This document shows positions 1 to 23,000 of a DNA stretch of 64,000 nucleotides, piece by piece. This stretch comes from Chrysomallon squamiferum (lineage: Eukaryota; Animalia; Mollusca). The notes under the pieces were generated by a model that worked only from the letters and a program-made list of their open reading frames with translations, ran no database searches and was not told the DNA's origin. Within the stretch, counting starts at the first letter, position 1. Each line of letters starts with the position of its first letter. Where the stretch lies: the NCBI GenBank assembly GCA_012295275.1, contig CM022674.1, positions 11,222,001-11,286,000 on the forward strand. Reading direction: 5' to 3'. The position numbers and the translations under genes are program-made.

Positions 1-628
1 TTTCTGGAAATCAGTCTTGAAATGAGATTAAATCTGTAATGCAAAGTTAAAATATTATTATAATTAAAATCATAAATTAAAAATAAAAGGAAAACAGAAT
101 TAGTCTGAATTTTAATGAGTTCTAAATGACTATAGAGCAAATTGGAATTAAAAAGATAATATTTTGTGTATGAACTCAAACACACAAAGGACATAAATAT
201 GTACATCTTCAGTGTCATACATCTGTAACACATTAAATAAGAATATAGATAAATCTGTAATATTTTTATCATTTTGTTTCTGTTGTTTTTTATTTGTGGA
301 AAATATCGGAAATAATTTTTATTTTTTATTTTCTTATTTAATTCATACAAATAAAGAAATTAGATGCTTGTTGAACTTTTTTATGGATTAGTAATTGAAC
401 AGCACTTTATAATTATTTTCATATCACAGTGCTTTAATTAGTCATCCAAAATGTTGAGAAATAAGTTTAGTTTATGGATTGGAGGAAATCTTACAATTTT
501 ATTTTTGATGATTTTTAGTGTATCAGTGTATTTCTACATACACACACATACATACACATACATAGATGGAGGGATGACTATTTGAAAATCATTAACATTA
601 CAAAGTTTAATTAAAAAGAAACTTACAA

Positions 629-2254
629 TCATGGACAGAGCCCGCAGGAGAATGGACAGAACTGCGGTCCCCAGTTGGCGTACTTGGAACATGCTGCTTT
701 AAACACTGGACTTGTGCACGAACTTGAGTCAGTGTTTGTAGCTGGACAAATCTCTAGAAGAAAATGAAAATATTTATTTTTGTTTTCCTCCTTTCTTCAT
801 TCTGTCATTCTAGTTTATTTTATTTTTTAAATCCTTTACATTTTTTTCTTCTTATCATTCTCTTCTTTTTCAGTTGTCTTTCTTTTTTTAATTATTATTT
901 CTTTTGTTTTCCTTCTGTCTAAACTAATTAGCAGCAAGTACATTCTAAATGCACCTACCCACAATAGAAAAGTAAATACACGGTTTTTAATAAAAGACCT
1001 AGAATAACGATGTATAGTAAAACACATACTTACCTTTTACACGTGGAAGTATACATACACTCAGAATATGCAAATTCAGATTAACAACGATAGTATGATA
1101 AATGTTTTAAAATATAATGAAAAATGAGAGATACAGTGAACGAGTGATAAAGAAAAAGGGAAACAAAAGATGCATGAGAGATGTATAAATAAGTAAGTAA
1201 ATAAATAAAATTTAGTTCATTCTGAGAAATGCCACGTCTTCACATTATATAAATAAAAATCAAGACGTACTTTTTTCACACTGGTCTCCCTTGTACAGGT
1301 TATAACATTTACAAGAACAAGTCCTGATGTCAAACGTTCCTCCATTCAGACAGACCATTCCTTTACAGTCTATAAAAAAAGTATAATACTTCAGAAATAT
1401 TTCCTGTTAAATAACAAATGTCCTTCAAAAAACAACAACAAAAAACCTCTACCAAACCCCACTGAAAAACCCCAACGATTAAACAAACTATTAAAAAAGG
1501 AAGACGAAGAAAACTTAAAATGAAATTTAAATATAATTAGAAAATTATGGATTAGAATTAAATAATATTCAGATAGATATATCGTATATAAAACGAAAGT
1601 TTGCGTTATTCATTCGACTATTTTAAACACATTTTAATCCACTGAATATTCAAGCAGGTAATCCAGATGCATGAGTTATTTGCCCATAACTCTGAAACTG
1701 TTGTTAGATTAGTGAAAAGACAGAGTATATTGGTCTTACATTTTTAATAATTAACTGTCCGTAGAAACCGTTTTCAGGATTCGATCCCAGTTACACTGAT
1801 CAGATAAACAGCGTCCCACCAAGGCTGTTAAAAATCATTATTTAACAGTAAAACAAAAAGAAGACTGTGTCTGATGCTCACCACACAAGTTTCCTATCCG
1901 TCTCTGACACGTGCTGCAGCCTGACCCATAACAGTATGGCTTCATCTTCTGTGTAGATGTCTGACTGCAAAGTCGAAATTTTAACACTCGGTTTAGTCTG
2001 ATTTTAAAGACATTATCATGAAGCATGTTCAGGGGCGTGACTTCATTTTCGATTAGCTATAAGGTATCTGTTTCATCCCGCTCTCACTGACAGGTCCACT
2101 GACAGGAGTCGATCCTAGTCCAGTCGAACATCAGACTAGTGTTTTATCACTGATAAACGTTCTGACCCATCACGTGTAAAAAAGTTCTGACCAGCCTTAC
2201 CCAAAATAACCCCCACATTAACTAAACGCGTGTAACTCTCTCTCTCCTTCTCTG

Positions 2255-2310
<56 letters not shown>

Positions 2311-3483
2311 AAAACACACAAAACACGCACACACACAAACACACAAAACACGCACACAGGAGAACAAACGCATGCACATTCATACACACACAGATAAATG
2401 TCTTTTTTTTAATACTGTATAAACTGATAAAACAAACGTTAAGATATGATATTACAGAATCACTAAATATCAATTGCAGAATAAAATTTGAATTTTTTTT
2501 TCTTTTACCAACCCCCTCCTCAATCTCGAGAAACCAAAAACCCATATAAGAACAACGACGACAACAACAACAATATCAAAAACAAAACAACAAATAAATA
2601 AATAAATAAAGAAGCGAATTACTGATTCTCCGATGAACAATAAAGAAGCTTACCCTGTTGCGTAGTTACATGTAAATACCATCCCGTACTTGATCTTTCC
2701 TGTACAGTCTATTTTAGCACACCCCACTCTTGAAGCAGATGCCAGTACAACCTGCAAAAAAAAAAAAAAAAAAAAAAATTAGAAACAATTAAGCTAAGCT
2801 TGCAATCTTATAATGCAAAAAAAGAGTCGCTATCGGACTATTATTAAACAGTCTAATTAAACATAATTACAACATAATTTTAAACATATAATATTTATGA
2901 TGGTCAGTATCCATTTGGAAATGTTAGTATAGTTTTGTTAATGTCTTTTTTCTTAATTATTAATTCATTAGTATTATTGTATACATTGTATTCCGGTTAT
3001 GATGTCATTATTAGCATTATTATAAAAAAATAACAGTATTCCGATTGTTTGTATGATGCTAATATCCATTTGGAGATATTAATTTCCATTTCTGAATGAT
3101 TAATTCTTTAGTATTATTATATACATTGTATTCCGGTTGTGAGTCAATCGAAAGGACATAAAACGAAATTTCAAGCATAGTGCGAGAAAATTTAATTTTT
3201 CTTCGTTTATCGTCATTATTCAAAATCTCTGTTTGTATGTTTGTCTGTCTGTCTGTGCAAAAGCGAACTACATAGGTTATATAAATACCTGAGTGTAATG
3301 GCCAACAGTTTTTCCATTCGCTGATCCTATTCCGTATTTGAAATTATTCACTTCCGAGTACCATCCCTCTATTGCTTTCTCAAAATCAGGGTATCCATAC
3401 GCCATGTTCTGTCCAATATTTACACCAGGCAGACCTTGTTTTTACATAATAATAATAATAAGTAATCAAACATATATATGCAC

Positions 3484-3528
<45 letters not shown>

Positions 3529-3548
3529 TATACACACATACATACATA

Positions 3549-3581
<33 letters not shown>

Positions 3582-5459
3582 CACAAATGTATTATGCCTA
3601 TAACACATCTTTTCGAAGATATATGTATATTCAATAATTTATTTTTTATAATTTTATATATAGGCTGAAATGGAGTACATTTTATTGTTATAATCTTACT
3701 GACATTTGATGTAAACAGATAAGTTTATCCAGTGAGAGAAGTTTTGTTAATTTTTATCAGAGATAATGCTTTTTCTGGCGTAATAAATAAACTGTTGTAA
3801 AGAAAAACAAACTTACTTTTAGCCAAACGATTAGGATTGTGATCATGTCCCATCTTGCATTGCGATCCCCACTTCCCGGCAATGGCTGCCAGTTCATCAT
3901 CCCAGTACTAAACAAAAACAACAACACGAACAAATAAACAAATGTCAGAGGTGTAATCAGTGCCTCTTGAATGATTATTTTCTTTCAACAGAATAATGTA
4001 AATCTGTCTATCTCTCTATCTATCTGTCTGTCTTTCTGTGTGACTATCTATCTCTCCATCTGTTGACTAATCCATTCATCGATGCATTCATTGATGTTTC
4101 TATTTATTCATCCATCCATCCATAAACACATCATCTATCTATCCACCCATGTTTGTAAGTGAGATATCTGCCTGCTTGTCTCCCTCTCTGTCTGTCTGTG
4201 TGTCTGTTTAACTCTTTATTTGTCTGTCTGTCTGTCTGTCTGCATGTGTTCCTGTGTAAGGTAATAAAGCTGTATTACCAGTATTTGCATGTCTTTCGCT
4301 GGCGGGGACACTTTCGATCGCAGCGAGTTGTGTTTGTTCAGGATGGCTTGTTTCTCGCTTCTGGACAGAGGCAGGATTTTGCCTTTCTCCGACAGACACA
4401 TGGAATGAGTAGACGGGTAGTCAGAGCATTTCTAAAAATAACGATTACATTTAATAGTTTGTTTTGTATCCAGAACGCACAAACATGTGCACCTCTGTAA
4501 TGAAGCAAACAAAGCATGTACTCACGTAAACATGTCACACACAACTCGCCATATCTACGCACACACACACACATACACATACATACACATACACTTATAT
4601 ATATATACATTCATAGAGAAATACATATAGAGATGTACTATATTATATTTATATACCATATATACTTGTGTACAAGGCGACCTTATGTATAAGTCGATGT
4701 GTATTTTAAGACCAAAAATTGCGTCATTTTAGGTATTACTTGTGTATAAGTCGACTGTAGATTCCAGGCACCGTCACTATTTTTAGACCAGTGTGACAGT
4801 GCCATGAAGGCCTACATTGTACGCCTACTGTAACATAACTTGCACGAGCTGAAACTTGCACGAACATACCATAATAACGTAAATGCATGTATTACACGAG
4901 CTATAGCCTAAATGTATCATAAATAGTATCTCTTTAATGTAATAGGTCTAACATGGAGACCTAACTTACCGTTATATTTTGCCGTTCTATGATTTACAAA
5001 ATGTTATGGCCATAGCCCTAAAATATTGTATATGATGTAATATTATTTCACCAAATTCTTTACAATTACACAAGTGAAATTTGTTTATGAAATTGGGACC
5101 GATATTTAGTGCAATTTGGCAGAGAAGTCTGCATTCCTAGATCATTGCAAGACGCCGTAAGGCATAACGCCGTACTGACAGTTTTCTCGCTTTAAAATTA
5201 ATTTTTATGTCATTAAACGGAAGAATATCATGTTTTACATTCATATTTGGTTTTGTTATTTAATTTTTCAAATTTTTTTATACGATAAAATTACATTTTA
5301 GAAAAGCTGAAAGACCGCGATTATTTTAGATGCATCCCGTAGTAAAAAATAGTCAAAATGGCGACTCTTCAGCAACAGCTACAAAAGCATTACCTATGTA
5401 TAAGTCGACCCCCAAAATATTACCTTAATATAGTCTGTTTACGGTACATCTGTTTGTAT

Positions 5460-5524
<65 letters not shown>

Positions 5525-5899
5525 GAGGGACACAGACAGACAGAAAATAAAAAGCTAGATAGATAGATGTATAGAGGGCGAAATAGATACAGACAGATGG
5601 AAGGATGGATGAATTAATGGATGGATAACTTACAAATGGTCCTTTCGCCCAAACGGAGGCATCCGCTGAAGTGAAAATACGTGTATGTATGTGTATTTAA
5701 TATTATAATTAGATGTTAAAGACTGCATATTGCAAATCATTGTAATAGACAGGAAAAAGAAACGTTTTTTTGCTAATAACCATTAATAGTAAACAATTAT
5801 TATTATTATTATTATTATTATATTCTTGAAAGTCAAAAATAACTTACCAGCAAGCAAACAGGAGAAGGATGCTAGAACGAAAATCGGAAACGAACGCAT
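629..5899 (-). CDS. Gene A: secreted CAP/SCP (CRISP-like) protein with EGF-like and C-terminal ShKT domain, 9 coding exons, ~292 aa
   Basis: Exons 5848-5899, 5634-5665, 4279-4431, 3817-3907, 3289-3434, 2654-2751, 1882-1964, 1271-1369 and 629-753 have GT-AG ends and join in phase (879 nt). Signal peptide MRSFPIFVLASFSCLLAADA. CAP motifs HNSLRSKVSPPAKDM, YWDDELAAIAGKWGSQC, GQNMA, WYSE, GHYTQVV, VGCA, CNYATG. EGF DCKGMVCLNGGTFDIRTCSCKC...C. ShK CPATNTDSSSC...CSKYANWGPQFCPFSCGLCP*. Confidence 0.93.
2025..2155 (-). mobile_element. Degenerate tRNA-derived SINE remnant
   Basis: ...cgattagctataaggtatctgtttcatcccgc...ggtccactgacaggagtcgatcctagtccagtcgaacatcagactagtgttttatcactga resembles a reversed SINE head (B-box-like ggatcgactcc). 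Recognition is from memory, not from a search. Confidence 0.4.
4656..5444. mobile_element. Non-autonomous Tc1/mariner-pogo-like DNA transposon remnant (MITE) in gene A intron 2
   Basis: Left end TA-CCATATATACTTGTGTACAAGGCGACC and right end TTTACGG-TA. Subterminal motif GTATAAGTCGA recurs at 4687, 4744 and 5398, a pattern typical of CCGTA-ended pogo-type elements. No transposase ORF. Confidence 0.6.
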
Positions 5900-5943
5900 T
5901 TTGGCGAATTAAGCCGATGTTTTCCAACGATAACAACGTTCAT

Positions 5944-5950
5944 ATTTATA
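5944..5950 (-). promoter_or_regulatory. TATA box candidate, gene A
   Basis: TATAAAT on the minus strand ~45 nt upstream of the ATG. A paralogous GGTATAAA context occurs upstream of gene C. Confidence 0.5.
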
Positions 5951-7163
5951 CCCATCATCTTTGCTACACCCACCTACCAGATCGAAGACATACAGACAAG
6001 CAAACATTTCACATCTGTAGCAGAAATTCTTTCTCTTCTTTCTTCTACACATATTAATTAAACAGAGCAGCAGGTTGCTGAAATTTACTTAATGCTTTTG
6101 ACCTGTCTTGTCAGTTTATGTCACCAGCGGTTATTGAAATCGCTTTGTGTTACTGTAATAGTTAAATATCATTTTGCAGATTTTGTCAACAGATTATTCC
6201 ACAGACCTTTTCTCGGTGCTTGAAGTACGCAGTTTTCATACACGTTTCTGTTACAGGTGTCTGGCTGCGACAAAAGGTTTTAGTTTCATCAGGTACATGT
6301 TTAAATGTAATGCCTCTTCATTGTTTTATCAAATGGTCGTGGTTTGTCGTTAAGAATTCCTTTCTGATAAGCTGTGTTGTCCACGACGTATGCACAAACA
6401 TACAACATAACTGTAGGGCAGATAGGTGAAACCGTGCACATATAGAAGGAATATGAAACGCGGTATATAAAGATTCAATAACTTGCTGAACCCAAATTTT
6501 AAAAAAACCCTAGTGATACGAGCAATGTTATTAATTAAAAATTAATTATGGTAAATTTGTGAAATTTTTGTTTTTGGAAGACATTTTATTTATTTATAAT
6601 TATAAAATTACAATGATGCACTTTGCTGTATAAATAGTTTAACTACATAAGTAAAAATATATGTCGTTACTACTACTATTACTACTACTGCTATTACATA
6701 TAAATTTGTTTATTTAATTTTTTTAAAATTTTTTATATAAAATCTTAAGTTTTATTACTTTTGTGATATAATTTTATTCGTAAAATGTTTATTCTGAATG
6801 TGAGAAAATTATGAGAGAGTTTGCAGGTCAGGCTGTTTATTTCAAAACGAATGAAACTTCGAAAAAAATGTGAGAAGTAATAAGTCATTTAAAAAATATC
6901 AACGTGGTCTGAACTTAGTTTTAATACAACAGTATGAAGAAGTATGTCCAGTAAATAAATCAAAAATATATTTTTTCTATACTGCTTTTTAAGGAAAGGT
7001 TTACGACATACAAAATAGATTAAAACATTATTTATTTATTTAAACGTTACCATTTGTTTTACGACTTACTCAGGACAAATTAAGAAAAGGACACCTCTGT
7101 GTTGGCGAAGAGGAAACAAATCATTCGTCTCTTTTAACAAAGGTAAAGAAGTAATGCATTCCT

Positions 7164-7235
<72 letters not shown>

Positions 7236-7699
7236 TATTATTCAGAGAAGCGTCTTTGTCAGTCGACGGTTAAATACGGAGAAAGGCAAGGTCATCTACG
7301 TATGATTGATTACGTCATTTCCTTGACGACCATTGCGTTTTAAGACATCCATTTTGTAAAGAGATGGAACATTTCGCGAATATGTAAGAATGTTTCTTTA
7401 TATATTTTTATCATAACATTAACCTGAACTGTATCAGATCTGTGTCTGTTAGCCTCCTTCTCATTCTCCGTATAGCTATTTTTAGTTTGCTGCTTTTCTT
7501 TATTCAGAAAACGGCATCATGGATTCGGTCATGATTTTGCAGATTGCAATGAATATGATTGCCACAGAAAGTTTGGAAAGTTGTTTATGTTTAACTGAAC
7601 GAGTGATAGTGACAGTGATAGTCCGAGATGTGACCGGATCAATTCACAGTGGCCTTTTTTTCTCTCATTATGGATTAGGTCTTGTAATAAAAAAAAAAA

Positions 7700-7730
<31 letters not shown>

Positions 7731-8078
7731 AAATAAAAAATTAACTTCTTATTTATTACTTGCAGATATTTTAAAATTAATTTTGTGTACATCCATCTGA
7801 TAACAGTGTTTCTTTATATCGGTCAACATTAACTCAGTATAGAAAAAAACACAAAAAACCCAACCATAAGTGTGACTTTGCCATCTTTTAAGTGAAATCT
7901 AGAAAAATTACAGTTAAAATCATTAGTTTATATGTTCAGTTAAGATGAAACGTTTACATTCTTACAGTTAAAATGAAGAGTTTATATTTTCACAGTTAAG
8001 ACGAACAGTTTCCATTTTCACAGTTAAGTTGAAAGTTTACATTTTCACACTTAAGGTGGATTGTTTACAGTTTCATAG

Positions 8079-17696
<9,618 letters not shown>

Positions 17697-17916
17697 GTTT
17701 TCTTTTTAAACTGAGACTGAAACTGAAATTTGTAAGAAATCATTAACAAGGAATTCAGTGTAAGTCAAAGGGTATTTAAATGGAGGCGCGCGCTTTTGTG
17801 TACTTCCAAACAGCCCATATAGGTTTTGTACGTGTATTTGATTGTTGCCTAACTTCGATGCATAACGAGAAATGAAATTATAAAAATGATTGATACGAAA
17901 CAATTAGTTAACTTAC

Positions 17917-18150
17917 CTCGCTGCAGGTTCGCGTCTCCTGGCAGAGCGACACGGCTTAACAAACTACGGAAATCAAAACCGAAAGTAAGAATTTTCAAAT
18001 TCCCCTCCCCCCCAAAAAAAACAATGGCGGTCGGTAATCACGTGATAGTAGAGCTTGTACAGTTAAGAGGCGACCAGACACTGTCAGGTTTCCCCTTTGT
18101 TATTTCAGCGGTCTCGTTGATCCCCGGTCAGTGCGGCAAATGTTGATATT
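17917..18150. promoter_or_regulatory. CpG-richer TATA-less promoter and 5' non-coding exon of gene B
   Basis: A local CpG-rich patch with the palindrome ATCACGTGAT (E-box, 18037-18046), an ATGGCG motif at 18024 and a strong donor GAG|GTAAGT at 17911-17917. Confidence 0.5.
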
Positions 18151-18303
18151 ACGGAGAAACTAGGCCAAGCGTTTTTTTTGTTTGTTTGTTTGTTTGTTGT
18201 TGTTTTTTTGTTACGAATGATGAGTAGTTGACGGTAAAAAGTAAATAAAATTTGTTTACAGAATATTTATATATACAGTTATGATCTAAAATGATAACGG
18301 TAA

Positions 18304-18360
<57 letters not shown>

Positions 18361-20059
18361 ATTAATAGTACTACTAGTATTAGTACTACTACTAGTACTA
18401 CTACTACTACTTCTAGTAATATTTAAACTACTACTACTAGTAATAGTAATTGTACTGCTAGTACTACTACTACTACTGCTGCTTTTACTAATGTTATTAT
18501 TACTACTGTTATTACTACTACTACTAACAATAATAATAATAATAATTCTTATACTACTACTACTAATAATAAGAGTAATACTAATATTGATGCTAATACT
18601 AGTAATACTAGTGCCAGTACTGCTGCTACTACTATTAATAATTATATTATTGCTACTGTTACTGCTAAATAATAATAATAACAATAATAACAATAATAAT
18701 GATAATAATAAAAATAATAATAACAATAATAATATTATTACTATTATTATTATTACTATTATTGTTGTTATGATTATTATCATTATGATTATGTTTATTA
18801 TGATTATTATTATTGTTATTATTATTATTATTATTGTTATTATTATTATTATTATTGTAAACACCATCATTATCATCATCATCATATATCTGTATTCATG
18901 AACTCAAGTAGTAGTTATTAACTTTTTGTGTGTAGTTATTCTCTACTTGATTTTCATTGTCCTAAACAAGGCCTCCATACATTATCATCTCTGTTCATTT
19001 TGCTGGATAAAACGTGCAATGTGGTTTGCCCTAAACAGGCCTCTCTAGTAGTCTAATTCAGTAAGACTTTGAGACCTGTTTATTTCTGTCTTCAGCGGCG
19101 TTTGTTGTCAACAGTGCCGTCCCCGTAGTTTCAGTCACAGCAGTCGACGGTGTAAGACTCGTGTGGTTGTAATTTTTATTTTTTGTTTTTAATTGTTACA
19201 GTTTAGTGGGGATGATGTTATTGACTTTGTTGTTTTCACTGATGTGTCATAAAGCTAGTGAAACGATCGCCTGTGTTTTAGAAATAGTTTCAGTGTTTAA
19301 GTACTTGTCACACTGCTGTTGTAGATATTCTGGATTAATATTTAAAACAGTGTTTGCTACAGCTGTTAAAAAAAACCCACCTAAATACTTTGACACCAGT
19401 GACAGAAATCTCTGATTTAATACAAACACAGAACCTGGACATAATCTGGAAATTAAAACGTAGAGGTACGTCGTGCCTTGCCGTGTACCCGTAACCCTTT
19501 CCATTTCCATCACAGTTGAAAGTATTTTGTTAGCTGTAAACAAGTTTCAACTGACTAGTCGTTACAGGAAAACTGTAAAACAAACTAAATTAATTTAAAA
19601 AGAAAAATAAAAGTATAAATGAGAACGAAATGATGATTCTGAAAAAGGTGAACATTTTGTATTTATTTTTGACTTCGAGAGAGATTTTGTTTGTATTTAA
19701 TGTGTATTTTGTGTTCATTATATGCATATTATTAGTAATTATTTATTTTATTATTTAAATTACATTGAGACGTATGCAAATATTTAAAAATATCGTTCAA
19801 AATTTAACTTGTAGAAGAGATCTAGTACATTTTGTTAGTACAGGGTAACTAAATACACAGCAGAATGGCGTGAGATCTTGTATCTAAAAACACGTACTAC
19901 TGGAACCTAATCGTCTGTTTGGTTTGCAGTGATAATAATCTGTGTTTATTTTTTTAATGTGTCTGTGCTGAGAAGTGGGTTCATCCTGTTACTGCTGAAC
20001 TGAATGTCGCGGCAGACTTCATGAGAAAAAACGTCAAGTTTAGTGTACAACACCCAACT

Positions 20060-23000
20060 TTCTCTGTCTGTGTGTCTCTTTGTCTATTATCAGTGTTGTA
20101 TTATTTAATTATTTGAATATTCTCTGTCTGTGTGTCTCTTTGTCTATTATCCTATTGTATTATTTAATTATTTGAATATTCTCTGTCTGTGTGTCTCTTT
20201 GTCTATTATCAGTGTTGTATTATTTAATTATTTGAATATTCTCTGTCTGTGTGTCTCTTTGTCTATTATCATTCTCTGTCTGTGTGTCTCTTTGTGTTGT
20301 ATTATTTAATTATTTGAATATTCTCTGTCTGTGTGTCTCTTTGTCTATTATCAGTGTTGTATTATTTAATTATTTGAATATTCTCTGTCTGTGTGTCTCT
20401 TTGTATTATTTAATTTATTTGAATATTCTCTGTCTGTGTGTCTCTTTGTCTATTATCAGTGTTGTATTATTTAATTATTTGAATATTCTCTGTCTGTGTG
20501 TCTCTTTGTCTATTATCAGTGTTGTATTATTTATTATTTGAATATTCTCTGTCTGTGTGTCTCTTTGTCTATTATCCTATTTGTATTATTTATTATTTGA
20601 ATATTCTCTGTGTGTCTCTTGTGTGTATTATAGTGTTGTATTATTTAATTATTTGAATATTCTCTGTCTGTGTTTGTATTATTTGAATATCCTGTTGTAT
20701 TTTTATTATTTATTATTTGAATATTCTCTGTCTGTGTGTCTCTTTGTCTATTATCCAGTGTTGTATTATTTATTATTTGAATATTCTCTGTCTGTGTGTC
20801 TCTTTGTCTATTTTGTATTATTTATTATTTGAATATGTCTGTGTGTCTCTTTGTCTATTTATTTTTTTATTATTTGAATATTCTCTGTCTGTGTGTCTCT
20901 TTGTCTATTATCCTGTTGTATTATTTATTATTTGAATATTCTCTGTCTGTGTGTCTTTTTGTCTATTATCCTGTTTATTATTTATTTATTATTTGAATAT
21001 TTTCTGTCTGTGTGTCTCTTTGTCTATTATCCTGTTGTATTATTTAATTATTTGAATATTCTCTGTCTGTGTGTCTTTGTGTGTGTGTTGTATTATTTTA
21101 TTATTTGAATATTCTCTGTCTGTGTGTCTTTTGTCTATTATCAGTGTTGTATTATTTATTATTTGAATATTCTCTGTTCTTTGTCTATTATCAGTGTTGT
21201 ATTATTTGTATTTGAATATTCTCTGTCTGTGTGTCTCTTTGTCTATTATCCTGTTGTATTATTTAATTATTTGAATATTCTCTGTCTGTGTCTCTTTGTC
21301 TATTATCTTTGTCTATTTATATTCTCTGTCTGTGTGTCTCTTTGTGTTGTATTATTTAATTATTTGAATATTCTCTGTCTGTGTGTCTCTATTATTTTGT
21401 CTATTATCAGTGTTGTATTATTTATTATTTTATTATTTGAATATTCTCTGTCTGTGTCTCTTTGTCTCTTTGTTGTATTATTTAATTATTTGAATATTCT
21501 CTGTCTGTGTGTGTCTCTTTGTCTATTATTTATTTAATTATTTGAATATTTCTCTGTCTGTGTGTCTCTTTGTCTATTATCCTGTTGTATTATTTATTAT
21601 TTGAATATTCTCTGTCTGTGTGTCTCTTTTTGTCTATTATCAGTGTTGTATTATTTATTATTTGAATATTCTCTGTCTGTGTGTCTCTTTGTCTATTATC
21701 AGTGTTGTATTATTTATTATTTGAATATTCTCTTTTTGTCTGTTGTATTATTTATTATTTGTCTGTCTGTGTGTCTTTGTTATTAGTGTTGTATTATTTA
21801 TTATTTGAATATTCTCTGTCTGTGTGTCTCTTTGTCTATTATCAGTGTTGTATTATTTAATTATTTGAATATTCTCTGTCTGTGTGTCTCTTTGTCTATT
21901 ATCCTGTTGTATTATTTATTATTTGAATATTCTCTGTCTGTGTGTCTCTTTGTCTATTATCAGTGTTGTATTATTTATTATTTGAATATTCTCTGTCTGT
22001 GTGTCTCTTTGTCTATTATCAGTGTTGTATTATTTAATTATTTGAATATTCTCTGTCTGTGTGTCTCTTTTTGTCTATTATCCTGTTATTATTTTATTTA
22101 ATTATTTGAATATTCTCTGTCTGTGTGTATTTTGTCTATTATCAGTTTGATTATTTATTATTTGAATATTCTCTGTCTGTGTGTCTCTTTGTCTATTATC
22201 AGTGTTGTATTATTTATTATTTGAATATTCTCTGTCTGTGTGTCTCTTTGTCTATTATCAGTGTTGTATTATTTATTATTTGAATATTCTCTGTCTGTGT
22301 GTCTCTTTGTTTGTTATCAGTGTTGTATTATTTATTATTTGAATGTATTATTTAATTATTTGAATATTCTCTGTCTGTGTGTCTCTTTGTCTATTATCAG
22401 TGTTGTATTATTTATTATTTGAATATTCTCTGTCTGTGTGTCTCTTTGTATTTATTTAATTATTTGAATATTCTCTCTGTCTGTGTGTCTCTTTGTCTAT
22501 TCTTTGTATTTGAATATTATTATGTGTCTCTCTTTGTTATTATTATTTATTATTTGATTATTTGAATATTCTCTGTCTGTGTGTCTCTTTGTCTATTATC
22601 CTGTTGTATTATTTAATTATTTGAATATTCTCTGTCTTTTGTCTATTATCCTGTTGTATTATTTAATTATTTGTGTGTCTCTTTGTCTATTATCCTGTTG
22701 TATTATTTAATTATTTGAATATTCTCTGTCTGTGTGTCTTTGTCTATTATCCTGTTGTATTATTTATTATTTGAATATTCTCTGTCTGTGTGTCTCTTTG
22801 TCTCTTTGTCTATTTTATCCTGTTGTATTATTTAATTATTTGAATATTCTCTGTCTGTGTGTCTCTTTGTCTATTATCCTGTTGTATTATTTAATTATTT
22901 GAATATTCTCTGTCTGTGTGTCTCTTTGTCTATTATCAGTGTTGTATTTATTTATTATTTGTCTGTATTATCTTTTGTCTATTATCCTGTTGTATTATTT

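Noticed and set aside
18950-20060. Possible gene or snoRNA divergent from gene B, including an exon-like stretch at 19096-19152
   Set aside because: No coherent multi-exon frame, domain or paired box C/D structure.
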